Shown: in pieces, positions 40,114 through 50,286 of the stretch
Position numbering within the stretch: position 1 is the first letter of the stretch
How the letters are laid out: every line of letters begins with the position of its first letter
Virus record (IMG/VR): IMGVR_UViG_3300047159_000046
DNA length: 64,000 bases
Source of the DNA: a virus
Taxonomy: Duplodnaviria > Caudoviricetes
Strand: one strand, 5' to 3'
Position numbers and translations under genes: made by a program
Notes under the pieces: generated by a model
Told to the model about the DNA's origin: nothing
The model's database searches: none
What the model saw: only the letters and a program-made list of their open reading frames with translations

Positions 40114-41016
40114 TTGAAAACGTTATTTTTTCTGAAAGGATTTTTTGTTATGATGGATTTTAAAAATTTTGATTTTTCAAACATCGAGTTGAAACTTTGT
40201 TTTATTGCTGAAAAAGGGGAAAATGAAGGCTTGTTTTCTTACGAGTTTTGGTTTGGAAATGATATCGAAAATTTCTGGGGAAATGATTTTGAACAAAAAC
40301 CTGCATCTATTTGCAATTTGCTGATACCAGATAACGAGGATTCTTTCACGAAAATAAATGTTAATTCGGACCAGAAATTAACACTTGCTGAAAAATCAAG
40401 CGTTTTTTCTTTTCAAGATGCCATAGACGGATGTGTTTCGTTGGCTTTTATTGATGCTGATAATTATCCTGTCAAATTCGATTTTGGGGAAGCATTTCAG
40501 AACGTCAAACAAAAAATTTCAAATTCCGATTTTATGAACATTCAGGACCTCAATGAAACTTGTGATTTTGAAGATGAGGATTTTACTAATTCCGATGATG
40601 AACATTCTGCTGATTTAAGCCTTGATACGGAAGAAGAAAAACTTTTGTTCGTAAGAAAAATCAATTATTCGCAGGAACAAAAATCAATATACAAGTTCTA
40701 TTTTGGTTCCGATGCTGATAAATTCAAAGAAGCCAACGCTTGGTTCGGTAGCAAAAGAGCCTCTTTGTATTCTCCGTTTAACTTTCAAAGCAACACATAC
40801 GCATCATCTTTTTCGGTAACATCAGATATCCCTTTTGATACTGCTGAAAATCAATCTGAATATTCGATGAATGACGCATTTAACGGGTTTATAGCATTGG
40901 TTTCGGAAAATCTTGACAATAGAGAATATCCAGATTACAGAATGATTTTACATTTTGGAGATGCCAAATCCTATGTAAAATCGTGTATTTTGAAAAAAAA
41001 TATGGAAATTGACTAA
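40114..41016 (+). CDS. Hypothetical protein with an internally duplicated domain
   Basis: KLCFI...YEFWFG...FSFQDAIDG.VSLA versus KLLFV...YKFYFG...YSMNDAFNG.IAL. Confidence 0.75.
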   Translation: MKTLFFLKGFFVMMDFKNFDFSNIELKLCFIAEKGENEGLFSYEFWFGNDIENFWGNDFEQKPASICNLLIPDNEDSFTKINVNSDQKLTLAEKSSVFSFQDAIDGCVSLAFIDADNYPVKFDFGEAFQNVKQKISNSDFMNIQDLNETCDFEDEDFTNSDDEHSADLSLDTEEEKLLFVRKINYSQEQKSIYKFYFGSDADKFKEANAWFGSKRASLYSPFNFQSNTYASSFSVTSDIPFDTAENQSEYSMNDAFNGFIALVSENLDNREYPDYRMILHFGDAKSYVKSCILKKNMEID

Positions 41017-41032
41017 AAAAAACATTAAAAAG

Positions 41033-41064
41033 TTTGCATATCATAAAAATTCAGTTTATATTTG
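41033..41064 (+). promoter_or_regulatory. Bacteroidota sigma-A promoter (TTTG-N20-TATATTTG)
   Basis: Exact consensus upstream of 41105. Confidence 0.75.
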
Positions 41065-41104
41065 CAGCCGAAGTTTCAATTTCATATAAATAAAAATAAA
41101 AAAA

Positions 41105-43417
41105 ATGAGCAAAAACGACAATTTGACTTTCGATTTTGATTATATTCATGCGCTTTATAGCTATATCACAAGCGTAAAGGCTTATAGCGTACAGAAACAG
41201 GCTATGGATATTTACGGATTGAATGAAAAAAATCTTCAGGACAGCTACAATTTCATAAAAAAGGCACTTGGAACAATTTCCGTAGAAAACATTGCCGAGC
41301 AGAATAAGATTTTTATGTCGTTTGATGAAAAAAATCTGGAAACGATGCCAGCCTCTTTTCTTGATGCAGAAAACTATTACGCACTAAGTTTCGATATGCT
41401 CGATTTGATGATATTTTTGAAGATTATTTATGCAAAATACCACATCACCGATGTTGCAGAAATGACCGAACAGAAATTGAGATTCTTCAGACGTGTTGAA
41501 AATATGATTGTCAGAGATTCAAAACTCGATGCTGTTATGGCATATATGGATGCTCTGGGACGTTCGATAGTTGTCGTTTTTAAAGTAAAAGACGGAGAAA
41601 ATAAATTTGATTCTGCGATTAGGAATATCACTTATATTGCGAATCATATCGGAATAAGAAAAGCCATAAAACCAAGAAATCTTGGAAGTATAACATCTGT
41701 GAATGAAGTAGTTGCATCTTATGATGAAACGCCAGTATTCTTTGATTCAAGCTATATGACGAAAGTGGATGGAGCAATAGATAGCTATTTCGTTACAGAA
41801 TTAAACAAGATAAGTCCCAACTTTGCAGAAGAATGCAGATTAAACAGAAAAAAAGATTTAGCAACAAGCAGTATTGCATTTTTGATAGAGAAAGAGCCTC
41901 AATTCGACAGAGGAAAGTATCTGTATGATATGAATCCTGTAATTGGAGTGATATATATCCGTTATACCGAAACGGAGCCAGGATTGCGACACAAAGAAGG
42001 ATTTAAACAGATTGCATCATTGCTTGATGACGACAACGTTTCAAAGCAGAATAGCGATATTTATGACTTCTATGTTTACACGTCAGACCACCTGATGACT
42101 AACAGGGTAATTAACTGTTTGGCTAATGAAACGGACAAAGATAAATCGACTATTGATTGGTCCAAATTTGATACATTCAAACAGGATTTTTATGAATTTA
42201 AAAATCTATCTATCAATAACTTAAAAGACAATCAGATTATTGATGATACAATTATTTCCTGCAAATGGAATGATTGGTGCAGAAAAGCAAATGAGATAAT
42301 CAGACACGCCAAAGAATATCCTTATCAGCCAGAAAGTGAGGACTGTTCTATTCCTCAAACAGAATCGGATATTCTTAAAAGCGGGTTAAAACGTTTTGAA
42401 CAAGCCAAGAATGAGCAGTCAAATGAAAATGTTTCAGATGCTGATTTGATTGCCGAGGTTAATCCTCCTACTTTTGAACGTAATGGCATAAAATGTATTT
42501 ATCGTGATATGGATATCAATTCTGATATAAAGTTTGTTACCAACGAACAGATAAAGGATCTGGAAGATCAGTACGGAAAAGATGGCAACATATTTACGAT
42601 ATATAACCTTGACGGAACGGTAGAACCTTGCAATATGGCAAAATTCAAGGAGTTGATAGAAAATCATAAAGATTTCAAATCGACATCCGATTTTCCAATG
42701 ATTAACGTTTGCGGATATCGTAACGAAAGAAAAGAGTATGTATCAAGCAATTATCTATATCTGCATATCAGAGATATAGACGTAAATATGATTGAAACAT
42801 ATAAAAAGCAGTTAATGGCGATTGATACATTATGCCCATTGATGATATTCAAAAACAACAATGAGGAAAGCATGTCATTTATCTGCAACGTTTACGACAA
42901 GAGCAGAGATTACAAGCCACAGTTCGATTTTGTATACGATACGGCTGTTGAAGTGGTGAAAGACAGTACTATTTCTGTAAACAGTCGAGATGGCTATTGT
43001 ATGTTTGAATTACCACAGGACACAAACAATTATCTAAAACTCGTACATGAAAATACAGAAGTTGATGATGATTCCAACGATGAGGTAGAAGAGGATGATG
43101 ATTCGACAGAAGAGGAACCGAAAGTCGTATTATCGGATGATAAAGATATTGAAAAAGAAGAAAAAACGTCTGAAACCACAGAAGTCGTGAATAAATCACA
43201 AGAAGTGGAATCAGACGCTAAAAATATAGTTTCTAAAAATTCAGATAATTTAGAGAAAAGTAACGTTACGACAAATGTTTCTGAACCTAAGAAAAAGACA
43301 GTAAGGAAAAAATCACTTAGCCGAAAATCGGTCAGTGTAATTATTCCTAAAAAGACCAACATGAACGATGATGACGATGAGTCATGTGGTTTCACAGGAA
43401 ATTCACCTCCAAGATGA
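41105..43417 (+). CDS. Hypothetical 770-aa protein, possibly with a degenerate VirE-N/BT4734-like domain
   Basis: Long ORF with an acidic disordered tail; the domain resemblance is weak. Confidence 0.7.
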   Translation: MSKNDNLTFDFDYIHALYSYITSVKAYSVQKQAMDIYGLNEKNLQDSYNFIKKALGTISVENIAEQNKIFMSFDEKNLETMPASFLDAENYYALSFDMLDLMIFLKIIYAKYHITDVAEMTEQKLRFFRRVENMIVRDSKLDAVMAYMDALGRSIVVVFKVKDGENKFDSAIRNITYIANHIGIRKAIKPRNLGSITSVNEVVASYDETPVFFDSSYMTKVDGAIDSYFVTELNKISPNFAEECRLNRKKDLATSSIAFLIEKEPQFDRGKYLYDMNPVIGVIYIRYTETEPGLRHKEGFKQIASLLDDDNVSKQNSDIYDFYVYTSDHLMTNRVINCLANETDKDKSTIDWSKFDTFKQDFYEFKNLSINNLKDNQIIDDTIISCKWNDWCRKANEIIRHAKEYPYQPESEDCSIPQTESDILKSGLKRFEQAKNEQSNENVSDADLIAEVNPPTFERNGIKCIYRDMDINSDIKFVTNEQIKDLEDQYGKDGNIFTIYNLDGTVEPCNMAKFKELIENHKDFKSTSDFPMINVCGYRNERKEYVSSNYLYLHIRDIDVNMIETYKKQLMAIDTLCPLMIFKNNNEESMSFICNVYDKSRDYKPQFDFVYDTAVEVVKDSTISVNSRDGYCMFELPQDTNNYLKLVHENTEVDDDSNDEVEEDDDSTEEEPKVVLSDDKDIEKEEKTSETTEVVNKSQEVESDAKNIVSKNSDNLEKSNVTTNVSEPKKKTVRKKSLSRKSVSVIIPKKTNMNDDDDESCGFTGNSPPR

Positions 43418-43420
43418 TTA

Positions 43421-43972
43421 TTATTCTCCGTTGAATTCGTTTTTATCAACAGAAGCTGCTGATATGGTTCTGAAAAATGGCTTATATCCATTCATGTTTT
43501 GGGTATTTGCAAAATTAACTCGGCCATCATTGAACACGGAAAAATATTCCATGTGATTGGTATCTGTTTGTATTCCGATATAATCACCCTTTTTGATATC
43601 GCATTTATTTCTATCAAGTTCATCCTGATAGATATTTACGGTCAATGTTCCTACCTTTTGATAGGTTCCCAGTGATTTATCCTGATTATAACTTTTCAAT
43701 TCAGCATCCTTTATTTCATAAAGACATTTCAATTCTACTGGAGCGAAGAATGATATGTTATTCTTACCGCTTTCGTGGTATATGTTATCCAGATTCGTTT
43801 TGGATAAATCAACGGAGAACAATACTATTTTTTGGTTTGTATCATGCGAGAAGTATTCTTCTCCTATGCTTTTTTCAAGCTGAAAATCGCCCTCCGAATA
43901 GAACAGTCCATTTCTTGTAATTGGAACATTTTTCTTTTTGGAGCTTATGTTGAAATTAAAATTGTTAATCAT
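43421..43972 (-). CDS. Head completion / neck protein (gp14-like)
   Basis: DNIYHES...F..PVEL, IKKGDYI pattern; late motif upstream. Confidence 0.6.
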   Translation of the reverse strand: MINNFNFNISSKKKNVPITRNGLFYSEGDFQLEKSIGEEYFSHDTNQKIVLFSVDLSKTNLDNIYHESGKNNISFFAPVELKCLYEIKDAELKSYNQDKSLGTYQKVGTLTVNIYQDELDRNKCDIKKGDYIGIQTDTNHMEYFSVFNDGRVNFANTQNMNGYKPFFRTISAASVDKNEFNGE

Positions 43973-44046
43973 TGCTTTTTTTATGATAAATATTTTTGTT
44001 TTTCAATAAAATTCACTATTTTTGTTGATTAATAATTCAGTAAGCA

Positions 44047-46083
44047 ATGACATCTAATTTGTTAGGACAATCAAAGACTTTTGACGCTATTGACGCATTA
44101 AGGTCTTATGCTGGTTCGGACCCTTATATTTTATGGCTTAAAACACAGGTCATAGACAAAAAGGACTTGAAGCAACTTAACAAACTCACTATTGATTATA
44201 TAGTTAAGAACAAAACCACCAAGGATATTGTTCTTAACAAGGGAGTTGTGTTTGAACAATGGTTCGCCCAAAAGAAACAGGAACAATGGAATTGCGAATT
44301 TCTTCCTAACAGGTTCTTCATATCCAGAATAATAGGAGAAAGCGATAACGCATTCGGAGTATATGGGAAATACAGAGGGAGTCTGCCTAATGATATTTTT
44401 TGTCTTATTCCTAAAAATGCTTTGCTTACCAATATTGATTTGGATCGGGGACAAAATCTAAATATTGATTTTGATAAATATGATGCCATATCATCAAAAA
44501 AAGGAATATCTCTTATGCCTCATCAAAAAGAGGCAATAAGATTTCTTGTAAAAAAAAGAAAAGCCATACTGGCTGACGGATGCGGATTGGGAAAGACTCT
44601 TACAACCATTGTTTCATCACTTGAAGGTGGTTATAAGAAAATACTTATTATCTGTCCTGCATCAATCAAATCAACATGGAAACGGGAACTGTTGACTTAC
44701 GTTGATGAATCCGAAATTTCAATAGTGAATGGAAGAAACTGGAATGAAGCAAAGTTCACAATCATAAATTATGATATCCTTAAAAACTTTTATGAAATAG
44801 CAGAAGAGCCATCTTTCAAAAAGATAAAAGAACCCATGCCAGATGGAACCATAATTGAAAAGAAAATACAGGAATGGAAAGTAAAACCTGTATATGATGA
44901 ACATGGAATGATTGTTACGGAGGGAATCCCTAAAATGAAACAATCAAAAAACAAGGAATTGATAAGACAAGCTCTGGAAAATTCACAATTATATCAATCT
45001 AATTTTGATTTGGTTATCATTGATGAATGTCATAGACTTTCTAACAATACCAGCGGAATATTCAAGATAACTTCCGATTTGCTGAAACATCTTAAACCAG
45101 AAGGAATATTCGCCATAACAGGAACTCCCATGACAAACAGACCAATGAATCTGTATAATATTCTTAGACTGATAAATCATCCAATTGCAGATAACTGGGA
45201 AAATTATGTCAAAAGATATTGTGAGGGAACCAAATTTCCTTTAAAGGGTGAATGGCAAAAGTTTCTTACTCCATATCTTTATAGACATCATAAATCTGCA
45301 TATAATGAACTTTCTTTTGAGGAAAAAGCTGATTTTAAGGCATATTTTGAGAAGAACGGAAGATTTATATGGAAAACAAGCGGAGCATCAAATCTTGATG
45401 AACTGAGCGAAAAGATAAAAAGCTGCTATATCAGACGAATAAATACTGAAATTGCAGGTATGGTTAAAAAGGAAATTATAGTCAAGTCGTATGATTTATC
45501 AGCAAAACAGGAGGTTGACTATAATAAAGTATGGGACCAGTACGAAAAACAATGCAAAGAAAAGGGATTCAATGCCAATGAGGAATATCGTATGTTGACA
45601 GAGGGAGTCATGCTGAGAATGTACCTGTCAAAAGAAATGATTCAGCATACAATAGACTTGGCGGAAGAACATATAGAAAACGGATCCAAGGTTCTGCTTT
45701 TATGCAATTATAATGACGAGTTATATGAATTGCAAAAACATTTTGGAAAAATGGCTGTTATATATAATGGCAGCATGAACGCAAAGGATAAGGATAAATC
45801 CGAATATGAATTTATGCACAATGACAACATAAAAGTGTTTGTCGGCAACATAGAGGCATGCGGTGTGGGACTTACATTGACTGCTGGAAATATTGCCATA
45901 TTCAATTCTTTTAGTTGGGTTCCTGCTGATAATAACCAAGCCATGGACCGAGTATTCCGTATAACACAAAAAGAAGATGTCAAGATTTATTTCCAGATTT
46001 ACAACAATACAGCATCTTCTGATATGTGGGATAAAATAAATGATAAGACGAAAGTAATTGATAATGTGGTAGTTAGGAGCTAA
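44047..46083 (+). CDS. SNF2-family helicase (HARP-like)
   Basis: PHQKEA, ILADGCGLGKT, IICPAS, IDECH, TGTP, GVGLTLT, QAMDRVFRITQ. Confidence 0.92.
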   Translation: MTSNLLGQSKTFDAIDALRSYAGSDPYILWLKTQVIDKKDLKQLNKLTIDYIVKNKTTKDIVLNKGVVFEQWFAQKKQEQWNCEFLPNRFFISRIIGESDNAFGVYGKYRGSLPNDIFCLIPKNALLTNIDLDRGQNLNIDFDKYDAISSKKGISLMPHQKEAIRFLVKKRKAILADGCGLGKTLTTIVSSLEGGYKKILIICPASIKSTWKRELLTYVDESEISIVNGRNWNEAKFTIINYDILKNFYEIAEEPSFKKIKEPMPDGTIIEKKIQEWKVKPVYDEHGMIVTEGIPKMKQSKNKELIRQALENSQLYQSNFDLVIIDECHRLSNNTSGIFKITSDLLKHLKPEGIFAITGTPMTNRPMNLYNILRLINHPIADNWENYVKRYCEGTKFPLKGEWQKFLTPYLYRHHKSAYNELSFEEKADFKAYFEKNGRFIWKTSGASNLDELSEKIKSCYIRRINTEIAGMVKKEIIVKSYDLSAKQEVDYNKVWDQYEKQCKEKGFNANEEYRMLTEGVMLRMYLSKEMIQHTIDLAEEHIENGSKVLLLCNYNDELYELQKHFGKMAVIYNGSMNAKDKDKSEYEFMHNDNIKVFVGNIEACGVGLTLTAGNIAIFNSFSWVPADNNQAMDRVFRITQKEDVKIYFQIYNNTASSDMWDKINDKTKVIDNVVVRS

Positions 46084-46201
46084 AAGAATCTTGTAAGTTT
46101 CTAAAGTTTTTACAAGAAAAATACAAGAACTCACAAGTGTTTTTCCTAAGTTTTTCATAAGTCTTTCATAAGATGGAATTTATAAACAAAACAAATATAA
46201 T

Positions 46202-46522
46202 ATGAAGTTTAATTTAAAAGATTGCTTTATCTGCGATTATTGTAGGAATATCTGCAAGAGTTCCTGTAACGATATTAAAGAGAAGATTATTTCAGGAAAA
46301 TATAAGGTCGGTAGCAAAGAATATAACGACAATTTGGATTTGACCACCGACAGAAAACAAATTATTCACTGTCTTGGAAAATTCTGCGATAAGCCTTGTA
46401 AATACAATAAAGAGGATGCGTATAAGGAAATACCTTATGAAGTTTTATTTAACAGCATAAAATTTCTGGGACAAAAATTGAATGACGAACTGTTGTATAA
46501 AAACAAAGAAAGTGACAAATAA
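46202..46522 (+). CDS. Small cysteine-rich hypothetical protein
   Basis: CxxC clusters; followed by a perfect terminator. Confidence 0.65.
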   Translation: MKFNLKDCFICDYCRNICKSSCNDIKEKIISGKYKVGSKEYNDNLDLTTDRKQIIHCLGKFCDKPCKYNKEDAYKEIPYEVLFNSIKFLGQKLNDELLYKNKESDK

Positions 46523-46525
46523 ATG

Positions 46526-46570
46526 AAACAAAAAACCTGATAGAGTAAATTTCTATCAGGTTTTTTGTTT
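46526..46570. terminator. Bidirectional terminator
   Basis: aaacaaaaaacctgataga / tctatcaggttttttgttt between convergent genes. Confidence 0.85.
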
Positions 46571-46596
46571 TTAAAGATAAAGTCTATTTGGTTATT

Positions 46597-46842
46597 TTAT
46601 TCTTCATCGTCATCAAACAACTGATAATCCTCATTAAACCAACCAAGTATTTTCACTATTTGGTCTTCTGACAGATATTCAAATAGATCATCAATCATTT
46701 TTGATGCGCCCAAACTATCTTTTACTTCCTGCCATTTGTCTATAACATCGGAATCGGTAGTTCCCTCGTTTACCATTCTTCTCATAGAGTTGTTTATAGC
46801 TCTATTGATTACAGATTCTGAAATTCTACGTTGTCTTCTCAT
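46597..46842 (-). CDS. Divergent leader-family protein (MRRQRRISES...MVNE)
   Basis: Leader resembles MRRVRLTE; CTATTTAT upstream. Confidence 0.7.
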   Translation of the reverse strand: MRRQRRISESVINRAINNSMRRMVNEGTTDSDVIDKWQEVKDSLGASKMIDDLFEYLSEDQIVKILGWFNEDYQLFDDDEE

Positions 46843-46957
46843 AATATAAAAAAGTTAAAATTAATTTTATTTCTAAATAAATAGCAACAAGATATTGTTT
46901 TTATCATTTTTTGTATGTATCTTTGTAACTGTAAAACATAAAACAACTATTACTATT

Positions 46958-47530
46958 ATGGCACAGGAAATTATCAAAACAGTCGTTGAAAACAAAGTAT
47001 CAGAATCAGATGCTTTAATCAACAAGATGAAGGAATATCTTCCAGAGTCTTTTTTCGAGAAGTATATAGACAATATCAAGCATGATTCATTTCTTATGAA
47101 TTCAGACACCAATCTGGCTCATGAAGGAGATTATGTACGATTTGTAAAAGCATTCACAAACAATGCGGTTCTATTGTTTAACTCCAATCCTAATTTTTCT
47201 AAATACATAGACATCAAGTCATTAGTAAGAATTTGTGTCCTGATGTTTATCGGGAATCTTGGCATGTTCCAATACGATCCGATTGGAGAAAGAAAAGGGC
47301 ATCCATACAAGTTCGCAGATAACAACAAGTTTGCCTTGTTCTTTGCAGATAGAACGATTGCAAGACTTATGGAAAATGGAGTTATCATGTGTGAGCGTGA
47401 TATAGAAATTATCAACTGTATCAAACGATTCAATGAAGGAGAAAAGATGACCACTTGTTTTGCATCCCCATCTTCAAGATTGATAAAGTTGGCATACGAT
47501 AAAACCATTTTGGAATTTATGATTAAGTAG
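46958..47530 (+). CDS. Hypothetical protein (possible degenerate HD-fold)
   Basis: Start at MAQEII, after TATCTTTG at 46918-46925. Confidence 0.65.
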   Translation: MAQEIIKTVVENKVSESDALINKMKEYLPESFFEKYIDNIKHDSFLMNSDTNLAHEGDYVRFVKAFTNNAVLLFNSNPNFSKYIDIKSLVRICVLMFIGNLGMFQYDPIGERKGHPYKFADNNKFALFFADRTIARLMENGVIMCERDIEIINCIKRFNEGEKMTTCFASPSSRLIKLAYDKTILEFMIK

Positions 47531-49290
47531 CAAAAACGTTCAAAAAAATCTAATAAACATTAGATTTTCGGCAAACCTTGAAGTTCGCTTGAACGATACG
47601 ATAACAGGGCATCCTTTACCTTGTCACGAGACATCGGTATAGGCTTGTATGCTCCGTTATCAAGTTTTTTTAAGAGCTTGGTCCGTAGCACGGCTACGGA
47701 TACTCTGTTCCTTATATTTATTGATGCATTGACATCGGCATTATGCTTATGACCGCACTCGACACATTCAAAGGTCTCCTGGTTCGGACGGTTCTCATCC
47801 TCTATGCATCCGCAAATCGGACACATCTTGGATGTATAGCAAGCATGAACCGTGGATATCGCAATGTCGTAATTCCTTGCAATATGCTCGAACTCCTGCT
47901 TCAACGAACTGATGCCAAGGAAATGAACAATATCATTGAAGTTGATGTCATTCAGATTCTTCTCTTTGACAAATGATTTTCCGAAGCCATTATCCAAGTC
48001 CTCCATCGCTATATGTCTTACTCCCTGATTCTGCAAATCTTTGCATACATTGGAAATAAGCTGCTGATTGGACTTGCGGATTTTGTTTCGCAATGTGTCA
48101 AGTTTCCGTTGGAATTTCTTTCCGACAACTGGAAGAGTGTCCGTATGACGTTTGAGTTTACAATAATCAGCAACAAGTTCCCTGTCATAGTCATAGGTTT
48201 TGCCGTTTGACAAACTGAACAGATTGTGCTTTATATTGACATCAATACCTACAACGTTTTCATTTTCAGTCACTTCTGGTATATATCTCGTCCCATCCTT
48301 GACTATGTTTATTCTGACCTGCTTGTGTCGTTCGTCAAAGCATAGGACATACTCATAATCGTTTGAACTTTTCTTGTAGTCACTCATCTTACCGTGGTAA
48401 TCCTTGCTGAACTTGACAGGTATGTCAAAGGTCTTTCTGTTCGGCATGCTCAACGAAATAAAGGCATTGATTACCGATTGGTAATTCTTGTTATAGCCAA
48501 CTATGTATTTCTTTCTTGAACGGCCACCAAAACTCAAAGACCTGAAAACTATCGGATGTTCCGCATATCGTTTCATCATCCTTTCCCTTTTTGACAATGC
48601 GAGTTTGAACAGCCTGTCAAATCCGAACTTGTCACATTTTTCTATAATGTTCCTATAGAAATCGACTTGCGATTGTTTCAAGTCGGTTCTTTCAAGCTGG
48701 CTGTTGATGTATTCAAGTATATTGTCCGTTCCATATCTGGCGAGATATGTCATGCAAGAGCACAATGGTGTTGTTCGGTGAACGATTACAGACTTCTTGA
48801 ATTCTCCTTTCTTATGGCCCTTGCAGTTTCTTTTATATACCTCAATACCCTTGTACTCAATATGTTCAAAGGTCAATTTTTTTTGCAGAGCCTTAAACTT
48901 GTTCTCGTACATATCAATCACCTGCCGATACATCTGCGTGTCAAAGTTACTGCTTATAACACCCTTGAAACGGGCATGCATCTCGGTCACAAAGTCAAAT
49001 GGCTTAGTATTGAGATACTTAAACAGATCCTTGCATACAAGTTCACTGATTCTGTTTTTCTCTTCGTTTATGGACACGGCAAGTCTGTACAACTCGTCAT
49101 ATTTTATGCGAGTCATATTGTCACTCATAAAAAACTTGCAGTATTTGCTTGCTATGTCCATATTAGTTACTTGCTTATTTTCTTTCTCCTGTTAGCACCA
49201 TCTATGATAAATAGTGCCACAAAGGTACGTATTTTTTATTATTTATTCCTATTTTTTTTAAATTTTCAGTTTACTGTCACCACCCCTTAA
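47531..49290 (-). mobile_element. Solo tnpB element without tnpA; ends approximate
   Basis: Opposite strand to its neighbours, visibly more GC-rich, hairpin aaaatctaat/attagatttt over the stop codon. Confidence 0.55.
47560..49161 (-). CDS. tnpB: TnpB-family RNA-guided nuclease, 533 aa
   Basis: RuvC-I VGIDVN, RuvC-II AMEDL, zinc ribbon YTSKMCPICG...FECVECG, RuvC-III NADVNASINI. Confidence 0.92.
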   Translation of the reverse strand: MDIASKYCKFFMSDNMTRIKYDELYRLAVSINEEKNRISELVCKDLFKYLNTKPFDFVTEMHARFKGVISSNFDTQMYRQVIDMYENKFKALQKKLTFEHIEYKGIEVYKRNCKGHKKGEFKKSVIVHRTTPLCSCMTYLARYGTDNILEYINSQLERTDLKQSQVDFYRNIIEKCDKFGFDRLFKLALSKRERMMKRYAEHPIVFRSLSFGGRSRKKYIVGYNKNYQSVINAFISLSMPNRKTFDIPVKFSKDYHGKMSDYKKSSNDYEYVLCFDERHKQVRINIVKDGTRYIPEVTENENVVGIDVNIKHNLFSLSNGKTYDYDRELVADYCKLKRHTDTLPVVGKKFQRKLDTLRNKIRKSNQQLISNVCKDLQNQGVRHIAMEDLDNGFGKSFVKEKNLNDINFNDIVHFLGISSLKQEFEHIARNYDIAISTVHACYTSKMCPICGCIEDENRPNQETFECVECGHKHNADVNASINIRNRVSVAVLRTKLLKKLDNGAYKPIPMSRDKVKDALLSYRSSELQGLPKI

Positions 49291-49309
49291 AACCAATATA
49301 TATTATCCA

Positions 49310-49348
49310 GCGAGGACATGGCATATCAACCATGTTCCCGCTTTTTTT
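49310..49348 (+). terminator. Intrinsic terminator
   Basis: gcgaggacatgg...ccatgttcccgc followed by a T run. Confidence 0.65.
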
Positions 49349-49430
49349 GTTGATAATATAAAATTAAGTAAATATTAAATTTATCTAAAAAATGATAAAT
49401 AAAATAGAATAATTATTATTTTTTAATAAA

Positions 49431-50279
49431 TTGATTAATATGTTATCAGCAAGCGATATATCAGGAGAACAAATTAAGGAGAACAAAACATTGGCTGTCG
49501 TAATAAACTCACGCAAAAATCAATCTGAATGTTTTGATGCAATACGATTGCTACAAATGACAGCGTTGTTCCCTATTCACGTTTATTTCTATAAGAACAA
49601 CGGAGTCTCTCTTACAAGTGTTTACAACGAAATACAAAAACAGATTACAGAAGAAAGAATATTGTTTATTCATGACGATGTTCAGATTCTGACTGTCGGA
49701 TGGGCAAAAGAATTGGATAGACTGTTCAATGATAATCCAGAATACGGAATCATAGGGGTTGCTGGAAGCAGGGATTTTGATTCAGACGGAGCATGGTGGA
49801 TATATAAGAACATTTATGGTCAAGTCGTTCATACAAAACAAATTAAAGATGAAAAAACAGGTCAACAAGGCACAACTGCTTTCATTACAAAATTCTCAGA
49901 AAAAATTGATAATGACTTGAATGAGGTTGCTGTTATTGACGGACTGTTCATGGCAATTGACAGAGCCAAAGCATCAACAAACTTTGATGAACACGTATCA
50001 GGATTCAATTTCTACGATATAGATTTTTGCCTGTCAAATTATACCACCAATACCACAAAAATAGGAGTTACTACCAAGATAAAAGTTCAGCATGGAGGAG
50101 TTGGAGTAATAAAACCAGAATGGTTTGAAAATAGAAATCTTGTTCTGTCAAAATACAAGGAATATCTTCCAATTTCAGACTTAAACAACTCTACACAACC
50201 AGAAAAAAAGGATATGGCGTTTTTCCATAACGAACACTTCCCTGTTCAGAACACAGAAACAAACACCGAAAATAAATAA
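49431..50279 (+). CDS. Glycosyltransferase-like protein (GT-A fold)
   Basis: SLTSVYN, LFIHDDV, GIIGVAG, IDGLFMA, FDE...F.FYDIDFC. Confidence 0.85.
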   Translation: MINMLSASDISGEQIKENKTLAVVINSRKNQSECFDAIRLLQMTALFPIHVYFYKNNGVSLTSVYNEIQKQITEERILFIHDDVQILTVGWAKELDRLFNDNPEYGIIGVAGSRDFDSDGAWWIYKNIYGQVVHTKQIKDEKTGQQGTTAFITKFSEKIDNDLNEVAVIDGLFMAIDRAKASTNFDEHVSGFNFYDIDFCLSNYTTNTTKIGVTTKIKVQHGGVGVIKPEWFENRNLVLSKYKEYLPISDLNNSTQPEKKDMAFFHNEHFPVQNTETNTENK

Positions 50280-50286
50280 TATTATT

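Noticed and set aside
47560-49161. Cas12f/Cas14 effector
   Set aside because: The size is compatible, but no CRISPR array or cas genes are present in the window.
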